Source: a virus (taxonomy: Duplodnaviria; Caudoviricetes). Taken from it: a stretch of DNA of 64,000 nucleotides. The DNA is taken from positions 1 through 64,000 of IMG/VR virus record IMGVR_UViG_2934336660_000001; one strand, 5' to 3'. How positions within the stretch are numbered: the first letter of the stretch is position 1; each line of letters starts with the position of its first letter. A program made the position numbers and the translations under genes. This document shows, piece by piece, positions 19,159-29,765 of the stretch. The notes beneath the pieces were generated by a model, which did not search any database, was not told where the DNA came from, and saw nothing but the letters and a program-made list of their open reading frames with translations.

Positions 19159-19650
19159 ATGCAGCAGGCTATCAACGCCGCCCCTGTCATCAGCGCGCCC
19201 GCCGAGGGCGACACCCGCTACTACGGCCCGTACCAGGTCACTCTGTCCCTGACGGTCGACAACGCGTTCAGCATCAACGTCCACGCTCGCACCGGCGGCC
19301 ACCGCTACGACGAGCTGTGCTTCACCACCGCCGACGTCGACACCGCCAACCTCGTCCACCGGATCATCAAGGACGGCGGGGAGCAGGGCGTTCAGCCCGA
19401 GGGCATCCGCGAGGCACTGGACGCGGCGCTCCGTGAGGAACTGCTCCAGGTGCAGGAGCGCCACGACACGCCGTCCCGCAACCGGGTTGAGCACATCAAC
19501 CTGGTGCTGGACCGCCTGGAGCAGCCGGTCGACACCGCCCGCATGGACGAGCTGGCCGCCACCCTGGGTCGCCCCCGGAACATGCGGGAGCTGCGCGACG
19601 CCATGCAGGCCGGCATCAACCGGCAGCGGGCGGAGGTGGCAGCCCGATGA
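19159..19650 (+). CDS. Hypothetical protein, first gene of the rightward operon
   Basis: AAAGGGA RBS following a leader hairpin; GC3-rich codons. Confidence 0.75.
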   Translation: MQQAINAAPVISAPAEGDTRYYGPYQVTLSLTVDNAFSINVHARTGGHRYDELCFTTADVDTANLVHRIIKDGGEQGVQPEGIREALDAALREELLQVQERHDTPSRNRVEHINLVLDRLEQPVDTARMDELAATLGRPRNMRELRDAMQAGINRQRAEVAAR

Positions 19651-19988
19651 CCGCCCCCACCACAGCAACCGCCGCCTTCGACCCCATGTCGCAGCCGTGC
19701 CCCGACTGGTGCGTGCAGGACTCGTGCCCCGACCCGGGAGTGGTCGACCACTACTCCCGCGAGTGGGCGGGCCGTGACTACATGGACGGCGCGGAGTGGC
19801 GCGTTCAGGTCGTGCAGACGGTGACGGTCGCGGGCCCGAACCTGGCCTACATCAACGTCAACCGGGCTACCGGTTCGTACGCGTCGACAGCCGAGTTCAC
19901 CCGGGCGCTCATGCAGGCCGAGGTGCTGAAGAACCGCATCAACGCCGACCGGGCTGCCGCCCTTAACCGTGCCGGCGGTGCCCAATGA
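19647..19988 (+). CDS. DUF6907-like small protein (CPDWC...H)
   Basis: PCPDWC...VDHYS motif. Confidence 0.55.
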   Translation: MTAPTTATAAFDPMSQPCPDWCVQDSCPDPGVVDHYSREWAGRDYMDGAEWRVQVVQTVTVAGPNLAYINVNRATGSYASTAEFTRALMQAEVLKNRINADRAAALNRAGGAQ

Positions 19989-20299
19989 GCGACAACCAGA
20001 ACACCCCGGAGATCATCCACCCGGACTGGTGCCAGCGGGACCGCTGCGTCACCCACATCGACGGATCGGTCACCCACGGGCACCTGTTCGGGACGATCGC
20101 CGCCGACGAGGTGGAGATCGACGTGACGGTGGAACGCACCGACGCCCCCGACGAGAAGGGCAAGGTCAAGGCCGGTCCGGCGCGGGCGTACACCCGGATC
20201 AACCGCACGGGTGTCATGTCGGCGGGGAGCTTGGACCGGGTGACGCGGCTGATGGACAAGGCCACTGCGTTCTCCGGGCAGCGGATGGGCCGGTACTGA
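19985..20299 (+). CDS. Paralogous DUF6907-like protein (HPDWC...H)
   Basis: HPDWCQRDRC...THGH. Confidence 0.55.
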   Translation: MSDNQNTPEIIHPDWCQRDRCVTHIDGSVTHGHLFGTIAADEVEIDVTVERTDAPDEKGKVKAGPARAYTRINRTGVMSAGSLDRVTRLMDKATAFSGQRMGRY

Positions 20300-20300
20300 C

Positions 20301-21689
20301 ATGGACACCGTCGACATGCTGCGGGTCCTCACCGACGTTGCCGATGAACTGGTCACCGCCGACCAGCACGACACGTACGGCATCCCCGCCGATGTTCCCA
20401 CCGGGGACGGCGAGGCGTACCGGCTGCTGCTCGTGGATGCGATCACCCGCGCGTGGGTGATGCGGCCTTTGCCGGACGACAAGCCGGGCACCGTGCCGCT
20501 GGTGTTGACCACGTTGGGTGAGTTCGTGGCCGCACGCATGAACCCGGGCCGGTACACGTCGGGGCGGGTGTTCGAGGTGCGTGACGGCAAGCTGGGCACA
20601 CAGGCGGTGGCCCGGTGAACATCAACCGGCGTCCGAGTCGCCTGTCCGCGAATACGCCGTCCCGGTCGGCGCACGAACTGATCTCGCGGGCGGCCGAAAA
20701 CCCGGCGGTGGCCCCGGTGAACAGCCCCTACCGGCCGCGCCGCAGTGTCACCCGGAACGTGGTCTGACATGGCCCGGGTGGTCGGCATCAACGACAGCAA
20801 GAACATGCGCGAGGTTGAGAAGATCCGCGCCGACCTGGACAAGCCGGCACCGAAGCCGCAGCCCAGCCCCAGCAGGTAGCACCCCGCCGGCCCCGTCGAG
20901 GGGGCGGAGCCGGCACACCCAACCAAGCCTGATTTATCCTGATCTAGGGAGATTCACCATGTTCGCCAACGCGACCAGCCGCCGTCTCGCCCGCGCCACC
21001 CGCACCACCGTTCCCGTCGAGATCGCCGACGACGCCGGCACCGTCACCACGTTCCGGCCCGCCCGCCGCCCGGCCCGACGCAACATCGAGCAGGCCGCCA
21101 TCCGCGCCTCACAGATGGGGCTGAGCTTCTGATGGCCGCCAATCTGACCGGACCGCAGCACGTCAAGGAGGCGCTTCGCCTCGCCGAGCAGGCCGAGCAG
21201 CCCACCTGGGACGGGGTCAACCGCCCGTCCGACGAGCAGCGGTACCGGATGTTGATGCGCGCGCACCTGCACGCCAACCTCGCCCGCACCGCCGCGATGG
21301 TCGACAGCCACCACTACAGCGACGGGTCGGTCAGGCAGGACGGCGACACGCGCCGCGCCTGGCACCAAACGTTCTCCGTCAAGCCGTAACCCACCAGCCT
21401 GCACGTGAGCCTCCCGGGTTCGGCCATCACGTCCGAGCCCGGGTGCGGGGTCACCGCAGACCAGCAGCCCAACAGCAGGGAGTCCTACATGCGCCAATTC
21501 TTCATCGCCTACCAGTACGAGCGGTCCGAGCCGGGCGGAATTCGCATCGGCCTCGCCAACTGCATTCAGCGGTTCGCGTTCCATCCGCTGACCGACCCGG
21601 GTCGCGCCGGTGCGGAGATTGCCGCCGCCGCGGGCATCGAAGCAGCGATCGTCATCAACGTGCAGGCCGTGCCTTGCAACGACTTTTGA
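20301..21689 (+). other. Small hypothetical genes (20301-20618, 20769-20879, 20959-21132, 21132-21389, 21489-21689)
   Basis: RBS-ATG starts and overlaps. Confidence 0.6.
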
Positions 21690-21777
21690 TGCCTGTTCCA
21701 GGCACACCACCCCCGCCGAAGCCCACCCCGTGGCCGCCCGGCGGCGGGCACATCTAACCCACCACAGGGAGACACCA

Positions 21778-22251
21778 ATGACCGACACCGTGTCCACCCC
21801 CAACTACAGCAGCGTCCGCGACGACCTGCGCACCCAACTCGCCCGGGTTGACACGAAAGCCCTCGGCCTGTCCGCAATCAACCTCGGTGCCATCGGTCTG
21901 CTCGGCGCGGTCGTCGTGCAAGCCAACACCCCCAATGGGGTTCGTGTCGGCGCGGGGGCGGGGCTCGCGGTGGTGCTGTGGTCGCTGTGGTTCCTGCTCG
22001 CCGCGGTCGCCCCCAACCTGACCGGGAATCACGGCTTCGTGGCGTACGCCCGCGCGAACACCCCCGCCGACCTGGATGCGGCGATCGTCGCCGACCAGGC
22101 CGACCAGCGGCGGGAGATTCGTTGGCTTTCGAGCACGGTCAAGCGGAAGTACCAGTCCGTTGGCAGCGCGGTCCGCGGGCTCATGTACGCGCCAGTGGTT
22201 GCCGTGCTGGTTGGGGTCGTCTGCACGTCGGCCGTCTTCCTGCTCCGGTAG
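21778..22251 (+). CDS. Pycsar-effector-like (DUF5706) 3-TM membrane protein
   Basis: QLARVDTKA-TM-TM-VAPNL...GF...LS..VKRKY..V..AV-TM; AGGGAG RBS. Confidence 0.65.
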   Translation: MTDTVSTPNYSSVRDDLRTQLARVDTKALGLSAINLGAIGLLGAVVVQANTPNGVRVGAGAGLAVVLWSLWFLLAAVAPNLTGNHGFVAYARANTPADLDAAIVADQADQRREIRWLSSTVKRKYQSVGSAVRGLMYAPVVAVLVGVVCTSAVFLLR

Positions 22252-22330
22252 TCAACCGAAGGCGGCATTCACCGCTGCTGGCGGCGATCAAAAGCCCACA
22301 ACCCCAGAACACAACCTGAGGAGCACCCAC

Positions 22331-23907
22331 ATGAGCAACCAGAGCACCCCCAGCAACCCGGCGATCAGCGCCATCACCCGCACCGCAGACCTGCGTGACG
22401 CCGACCGGGCCCAAGCCGACGCCGCGTGGGCGACCACCGAAAAGATGCGGCAGGAGTTGCTGGCCAAGGCCCGCGAGTTGCGCGCCAAGCACCAGCAGTA
22501 GCTGACGGCGGGGTGCGGCTGCCCTGAGAAGCCACCGCACCCCGCCCTGATCCCCAACCAGAGATCACACCCGGCAGGGGCACCACCCCCACGCCGGGCC
22601 AGCCAACCCCCCGAAGGAGGCCACCATGGCCAAGGGTAGGAGCACCAGCAGCGACAACACCAGCACCAGCACCAACGACCGTGCGATTGCCCGCACGGCG
22701 GCGAACCAGGCACTGCCGTACACCGACCCCCGGGCCACCTACCCGAGGGCGTTGGAGTACCAGCAGCGCATCCGTGACGGCGCCGCCCGCCGGGGTGCGC
22801 AGTGACCGCGAACACGCCGCGCGCCGAGGTGGGCGACAAGGGCCGCTTCGACGGTTTCCCAGGTCGCACCAACACCAGTGGTGGCAGCACCCGGTGGGTG
22901 GACGGCGAGTACGTCACCGACCATTCGGCCACGTCCACCCCGACCAGCCGGTTCGTGCGCACCCCGGGTGGCAAGTCGTGACCGCCCGAGAGCAGGTTGA
23001 CGCCCTCGGTGCCTCGCAGGTTCGGTGCCTCCTGTGTGCCCACGCCCCGTGTGACTGCCCGACGTTCGGTACGCCCGAGTACCTGGCGTTGGTCAACCGG
23101 CTGCACGGCACCAGCTTCGGCGGCCGGCAGTGACCGCAGGCGAGCAGGGTGCGGGGGTGGCCGGTGACGGTCGCCCCCGCACCACCCGGCAGGTCGACTA
23201 CGAGCCCGCGCCCACCGTCTGCCCGGTCTGCTTGACCGACCTGAACACCACCCAGTCCTGCCCCCTGAACTGCCTGACCCGTGAGGACGCAAACCGATGA
23301 CCCCAGCACTGCTCACCGCCGCCCCTGCCCGCCTTCACCGCCGGCACACACCGCCCGCCCCTGGCCGGGTGCACATCGCTCAGGCCGACCGGATTCGCCG
23401 GCAACTCGCCAAGAACGAGGCCGTCACCGTCGCCATCACCGGCATGGGCCGGGGCTGGTTTGTGCTGTCCGTTGGCGACGGCACGTACGAGGTGTGGCGG
23501 GACCGCAGTGCGCTCACCGTCGCGTGGACTGACGTCCCCGTCGCCGGCATCTGAGACTGGCTGTCATGCCGTTCAACCGCGCCCCGCAGCTCTGCTGGCT
23601 GGTCCTCGCTGAGGGTGACTGGCTGGGCTGTGGGGCGACGGTCGACGACGCCGTGTGGCTTGCCGCGAAGGTGTGGGCGCAGGAGATCGCCGGTGGTGCC
23701 GTGCCGGACGGGCCGCCGTATCTGTCGCAGGCGGTGGAGTTGTGTGTGGAGTTGCGGTGCGCGGGGTGCGGTGGGGTGTTCACGGACCCGTTGACGGGTG
23801 GGCCGGCGCACGGCGAGTCTGAGGTGGCGGTGGTGGCGTTGGCGGGCGAGCACGGCTGGGTGGGGGAGCGGTGCCCGGCGTGCGTTGCTGCGGAGGGGAC
23901 GCCTTAA
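22331..23907 (+). other. Small hypothetical genes (22331-22501, 22626-22805, 22802-23133, 23297-23554, 23566-23907)
   Basis: Strong RBSs (GAGGAG, AAGGAGG), coding-like composition. Confidence 0.55.
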
Positions 23908-24140
23908 CCCGGCTTCTTGGGTGGCCTGCCCCGAGCCGTGGTCGGCTTGAACGCAGCAAGGCGCTTGAGCATGGCTGCGGGGTTCTGGTTGACCAACTCC
24001 ATGCACGCGGACACGAACTCGGTCATGGTCCACCCGTTGGCGTCGAGTGTCTTCTTGGTGCGTTCTTGCAGCTCGTCGCCGGGGCGGATGCCCATGGCCT
24101 TGTTTCGGTGTCGGTCGCCGGGCGGTCTGGGGTCGGTCAT
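23904..24140 (-). CDS. Ribbon-helix-helix-like repressor
   Basis: DRHRNKAMGIRPGDEL beta strand plus two helices, GRPPKK tail; divergent from 24220. Confidence 0.65.
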   Translation of the reverse strand: MTDPRPPGDRHRNKAMGIRPGDELQERTKKTLDANGWTMTEFVSACMELVNQNPAAMLKRLAAFKPTTARGRPPKKPG

Positions 24141-24156
24141 GAAGAAAGTGTGCCAT

Positions 24157-24202
24157 GTGGCTAGCCATTAATCCACAGGGGCGCTACTATATGGATAGCC
24201 AC
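24157..24202. promoter_or_regulatory. Operator pair GTGGCTAGCCAT / ATGGATAGCCAC flanking a TACTAT -10
   Basis: Inverted 12-mers at 24157 and 24191. Confidence 0.65.
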
Positions 24203-24219
24203 TTACCGAGGGAGTCAAG

Positions 24220-24675
24220 ATGCGTCGCACGATCACCGACACCGCCGACCGCCTCCGCAACACCGACACCCTGACGGTCGACGGCAAGCCGGCGCTGATC
24301 CTCAACATCGACGACGCCGCCACCCCCGCCCGCCCGGCGCGGCTCGCGCTGACCGTCAGCGACCCCCACGGCTGCCTTGCCGACCTCAACGCCGGCTACG
24401 TCACCTACCTCGACGCGGGCGACACCGTCACCTTCGAGCCCGGCAGCACCCACCTCGCCGACGTGGCCGGACGGCGCCCCGGCGGTCCGACCGACGGCCA
24501 GATCGCCGGGATCCTCGCGTTTGAGTCCGCCAACCCGATCGGTCGCGTCACCTCCTACACCCTGTTCTCGGACGAGGCCATCGAGCAGCGGCGCGCGGAA
24601 CTCGCCGCCGAGCGGGCCGCGAACCCGGTCACCAACGAGAGCGTCCGCGCGATGCTCGCCGACCTGCACCGCTGA
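24220..24675 (+). CDS. Hypothetical protein
   Basis: GAGGGAG RBS, GC3-rich. Confidence 0.75.
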   Translation: MRRTITDTADRLRNTDTLTVDGKPALILNIDDAATPARPARLALTVSDPHGCLADLNAGYVTYLDAGDTVTFEPGSTHLADVAGRRPGGPTDGQIAGILAFESANPIGRVTSYTLFSDEAIEQRRAELAAERAANPVTNESVRAMLADLHR

Positions 24676-24690
24676 CCACAACACCAGAGC

Positions 24691-24792
24691 GTGGCCCCGC
24701 TCCCGTGAGGGATCGACCGGCTGAGAGGTCACAGCCTCAAAAGCGCCGGTCAGACTGCGGGCTTCCGAAGCTCCCCTGGGGAGCGGGGCCAC
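24691..24792 (+). ncRNA. Candidate structured RNA (multi-branch junction)
   Basis: Perfect 14-bp outer stem GTGGCCCCGCTCCC/GGGAGCGGGGCCAC enclosing inner stems. Confidence 0.35.
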
Positions 24793-24819
24793 CCCAACAC
24801 CGCACACGGAGGAGTCGAG

Positions 24820-27800
24820 ATGCCACGCAAGGCCACCCGCCCCATCTGCGAGGGCTGCCGCACCTGGCTCGACGCCCCGGGTGTCACCCCCAGCACCAAG
24901 AAGGCTGGCTACTGCACCGATTGCGCCCCCGACAAGGTGACGCACCTCGTGCTTGCCGGTGACTTCGACACCTTCTGCGGCACGTCGATGCGGATCGTGA
25001 ACGACGACAACGACGCCGACGCCACGGTTTACGACGCCCTGTTCGGCTCCAACCACACCAACTGCCTCAACTGCGCCCGTGTCCTGCGTGACCGCAACAA
25101 GCGCCGCTGAGCACCCCGCCGGTCGGCCGCAGGAGGCCGCGCAGCCCGGACGTCATGGTCCGGACCGGCGACAACAGCCGAGGGCACCACACCGCAACCC
25201 GACCAGCAGCAGGGAGCAGCGACATGGCGATCCGAGCCGACATCATCCGCGAGGCCATTGACCAGATGCGCAACGACCCTGACCCGCGCTGGCAGGCCGT
25301 TGCCGACTTGCTTGGTGGGGGGCCACTCAGCTACGCCAGCCTGCTTGACCGCAACCCCACCCAACGTCCGTCCGACTATCCGGACGCGGACCGCGCTGTC
25401 GCTGTCGCCACGGCATACCTCGCCCGCTAACTCGTGAGCCGTCCTCCGACCAGCAGCAAGGAGCCACCACGATGAGCACCAAGCAGCCAGCCGACCTTCC
25501 TGAGGGCAGCATCGTCGCCAACAACACGATCGCCCTGTTCCGTGTCCTGTCCGGCATTGGTGTGGTGTGGAGAGGCACCGACGGCCGCCGCTACGACGAT
25601 GCCTCGGTCGACGAGCTGCTGTCCGGCGGTGCTGTCGTTCTGCGTGATGGTTTCAGCGCCTAACCGTCGTCTACGCCCACGACCCGACCAGCAGCAGGGA
25701 GAACCAAAATGGACGCCCAGACGCACACCCCCAGCACGCCGACAGGCGTTGACGCCGACGGAATCCCGATCCACGCCGGCACGACCCCGTCCGAGTGCTG
25801 CTGCGTTGACCCGGGCCAGCCTCACACGCTGTCCTGCGAGAACGTCACCCCGGCGCAGGCACTCGCGTTCATCAACCGCCGCTGACCAGCCACAAGGAGC
25901 GCGACATGCCGACCACAAAGCCTGGACGGGTCATCCGCCTGCGTGACCGCGAGTGGACGTTGCAGCGGCTCGGCGGGTACATGCCGTGGCAGGTCACCCA
26001 CCTGCCCACCCAGGTCGTGTTCCGCGACTCGTCCGAGGCGGACGCCCGCCGGCAGATCAAGAACGGGTGGTACGGCCGGAAGGTCGCCGACCGGATGCGC
26101 CCCGAACCGCCGTCACGACGGGACTGGTGGCAGGACCCCATCACCGGTGTGTGGCACCTGTGGAAGGGCGGCATGTTCGATTGGACGTGCTGGGTGCACG
26201 ACCGGGTGTGTGACCCGTTGAAGCCGATCACCGCCGACGACATTCTGCGCATGGCCGCCCGGGACGGCTCGGTCGACGACGACGTGTTCGTGGTGCTGCG
26301 GCAGGCCGCCGAAAACCGGTCCATCGACCTGAACACCGACCCGAAGGGGTGATCACCGTGGCCAACACCATTCGTATCCCGTTCGACCAGGGTGCCGTGA
26401 TGTGCGACCGGGACCAGCTCGCCACCGCGATCCTGCTCCGCATGGAGCACAACGGGAATCAGCGGGCGATCCGGGCTGCCCTCATCGAACAGCACAACAT
26501 CAACCCGTCGGACGCCACCTACCTGACCGTCGCCGCCCGCATCTGCGCCGAGCGCGGCATCGAGCCCTGAGGAGCGCCGCCATGCATGTTGTGCACAGCC
26601 CGGAGCAGTTGATGGCGTGGAAACGTGTCGACGTGGAAGCCCTCGTCGGCAAGCACATCAGCTTGCGCACCGCAGACGACTACCAGTTGTACTGGTGCGA
26701 CCCGCACGGCTACCGGGGTGCCTGGACGGAGATGGGCGGCGGTGTTGTCACCAGCGCCACCCTGGACGACCGGGGCGAGCAAGTCACTGTCACATACACC
26801 GACGGGTCGTGGACGTACTGGCTTGCCGGGCAGGCCGTTTGCGTCACTGTTACCGGCTCGGAGAGGGGCTGACCATGTCAAAGCCGTATGCGACCTCGCT
26901 GATGCCCGTCGGCACCGTCATCGAGGAACCCGACGGCACCACCTACAAGAAGATCATCGACTCCCGGCGTGACTCGTTCCCGTGGGTCACCGCAGACGGG
27001 GGCGAATACGGGGACGAGCGGATGGCGCACCTGCTGGACGACGGTGCTGAGTTGGTGGAGGAGTGGTGACCATGCCGCACGAGACGAAGACCGCCAAGGA
27101 TCTGCCCGCAGGGGCGGAGGTGACCGGACGGCACACCGTGTGGGTGAAGGGCCGGCCCGGCCACGTTGAGTGCTGGACAGCGTCCACCGGCGGGCACCTG
27201 TCCGACGGCACCATCGACCGACTGCTGTCCGAAGGCGCGTCCATCACCCGCGTGCCCACCGGCACCCACGTCAAGGAGCAGACCGCGTGAACGTGTACAC
27301 CCTGCAACCTCGCGTCGCCCCGCCCACCCAGGCGATCCGTGACGCCCTCAAACTGCCCGCCCACACCACCCACGTGCGGTGGCTGATCGCCGCCGACAAC
27401 CACAACTGGGTTGTCTACCAGCTGCGGCAGCGGGGCTGGCCGGACATGCCCACCACCCAGACCGGGGTGCACCTCGCCCACGGGCGTGACGTGGATGCGC
27501 TCGCTGGTGCCGGCCTGCTCGCAGAGCGGGCGGTACTCGTCACCCCCGACATCCTGGTCGGTTCCGGTTTGGTGGTGGCCGCGGTGGATGCGGGCGGTGC
27601 TGTACGGCCGATTGGAACGCTTGACCGCAGCGTCACCGCCGTTCGGTTCACCTCTGCCGGCCATTCCTGCTCGAACTGTGAGGGCGTCGACCCGGCGTCG
27701 TGCCTGTTCAACGCGAAGGAGAAGTGACATGACCGACCGCATGATCAGCGCCGCCGTTCAGCACGCTCTCGACCGCGCCGACACCGCGGACAAGCTCGCC

Positions 27801-29221
27801 CAGGCGGCGTGGCTGCGCGGCGACCGGGACACCGCCCAGGCGACGGCCGCGGTGCGCGACGCCCACGACACCGCCGCAGCGACCATCGGCGCACTCGCGT
27901 CCAGCAGGGCGGCCGACCGTGGCTGACCTGATTCGCGCCGCCGACTTCAACAACGCCGACCCGACCCCCGACCCCGACACCTGGACCGTGGATGGGATGC
28001 GCGCCGCTATCACCCATCTCGCCCGGCGGCCTGTCGACCTCACCCGGCGAGGACTCAAACGGCCCATCGTTGAGCGGCAGGTGCAGCTCGTTGACGCCTA
28101 CCTGTACATGGGCAGGGAGCGGGTGACGATGGAGTGGCAGCGTAACGGCGAGCCGCATCGCACCTCCGTCCACCTGGACGAAGTCCTGTCGATCGAACTG
28201 GCGGCCGACCGTGGCTGACCGTCGACTGCCGTACGCGCGCACCCTCGCCGTGCTGCGCATCCTGTCCTGGCCGTACCGGTACCCACCGCTGAGCTGGCTC
28301 GTCGCGCTCACCGACTGGCTGGCCGCCACCAGCCGGCGGATGAACGTCACCATCGCCATGTCCCTGTTGACCGTCGTCACCTCGATCGCCTGGAAGGTTG
28401 CCCATGGTTGAGCAAACCGACCTGACGTTGCCGCTCACACCCGCGAGGCTCGGCCGTGCGGTCGACGAGATCGTGGAGCGCGCCTTCCCCACACCCCGGC
28501 AGGAGTTGTGCATGCCGGTGGGGGAGATGGTGCGCGCGTTGACCGCGCTGTGTGGGAAGGCGGTGCAGCTCGCCTACGACGACGCCGCTGGCATCGCCAA
28601 AAACGCGCGTGAACGCCTCGCCCGGTACCTGTGCCTCCGCTCCGTAGGTTCGAACTGGGCTGCCGAGATGAGTAAGGCGTGGGACCGGGGTGAGGTCGAC
28701 CGCGACCGATGGCAGGCCGAAGCCGACGAACTGCTCGCCGTCATCACCGGACAGGACCAGCCGTGACCGACTCCACCGCCGACCTACCCACCCTGCTTGG
28801 GCTGGCGTCCACCGGCACCACCAGCGTGCACGCAGCCTGGCTGGACGGTAGGCCCACCCTCTGCGACCGCACCGCCGTGCGGTGGCTACCCGGCCGGGCT
28901 CGTGCCGCCGTGACGTGCAGGTCGTGTCGCAGCCGGTACGAACGGATGCGGTGGGGTGCCAATGACTGGGCACCACCGATCAGCGTGACCGAGATGGTCG
29001 ACGCGGGTTATCTCATCACCGGACAGGAGAACTGACATGTTCTGAGGGAGGGGCTGCCGATGAAGCGTGTAGACACCGCCGCCCTGCGGTTCTGGGCGCT
29101 CATAGGTGCGGGCCTGCTCGGATGCGGGTTTTGTGTGTGGACGGATCCGTTGAACTGGATTGCGTGGGTGTTCGGGTTGGCGTTTCTGCTCGGGATGATG
29201 GGTAGGGCTGGCCGCCGTTAG
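24820..29221 (+). other. String of about 17 small hypothetical genes (e.g. 24820-25110, 25224-25430, 25472-25663, 25709-25885, 25906-26352, 26349-26570, 26582-26872, 26875-27069, 27072-27290, 27287-27727, 27729-27926, 27919-28218, 28211-28411, 28404-28766, 28763-29035, 29060-29221)
   Basis: RBS-start pairs, overlaps, shared start-associated motif. Confidence 0.65.
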
Positions 29222-29561
29222 TTGTGCGGGGTGGCCGGCTTTGCTGTGTCGGCTTCCATCACCTTCTTGCTATCCGACGGATAGCGCGGTAGGCGCTGAG
29301 TATGGGTGGCGTCGTATGCACACCACGGGTTGAGGCGAGGAATGCCGTGCACCTTCTGACCTAGTTCGCGAAACGGGCCGGACTGACCGCCTTTAACACG
29401 GACAAACCGACCTGGGTCAGCGCTGCGCCGGTCGGCTTCGTCGCTTTTGCTCACTGGACACCCAGTTATGGCCACCGCATGTATAGGCGAAGCCCAACGA
29501 CGAAGAGAGCCAGCGACCCCGGCACTGTGCCGGGGTCGCTGCTCGTTGAGAGGAGACCGAC

Positions 29562-29705
29562 TTGACCAACCACGCCCCACGCCGACGCAACCGCACGCAG
29601 CCCAACTCCCACATCGGAGCCGACCGGATGGCCGCCGGGATTGGACTCGGCGCTGCACTGGTACGGCTCGCCGCCGAGATCGTTCGGGCCAGCAGCGGCC
29701 AGTAG
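29562..29705 (+). CDS. 47-aa peptide with hydrophobic C-half, bracketed by hairpins
   Basis: GAGAGGAG RBS, TTG start, ...RMAAGIGLGAALVRLAAEIVRASSGQ*. Confidence 0.45.
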   Translation: MTNHAPRRRNRTQPNSHIGADRMAAGIGLGAALVRLAAEIVRASSGQ

Positions 29706-29712
29706 TTGAGCA

Positions 29713-29758
29713 CGAAGCCGCCCACCCTGAGCATCAGCAGCGGCGGGCGGCTTCGTCG
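29713..29758. terminator. Hairpin between convergent genes
   Basis: ACGAAGCCGCCC...GGGCGGCTTCGT. Confidence 0.6.
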
Positions 29759-29765
29759 TGAGCCA

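Noticed and set aside
24715-24751. Hammerhead ribozyme (CUGAGA core)
   Set aside because: The required GAAA after stem II and a stem III with UH cleavage site are absent
29218-29658. 146-aa minus-strand ORF
   Set aside because: No RBS, atypical codon use, and it crosses hairpins; treated as non-coding
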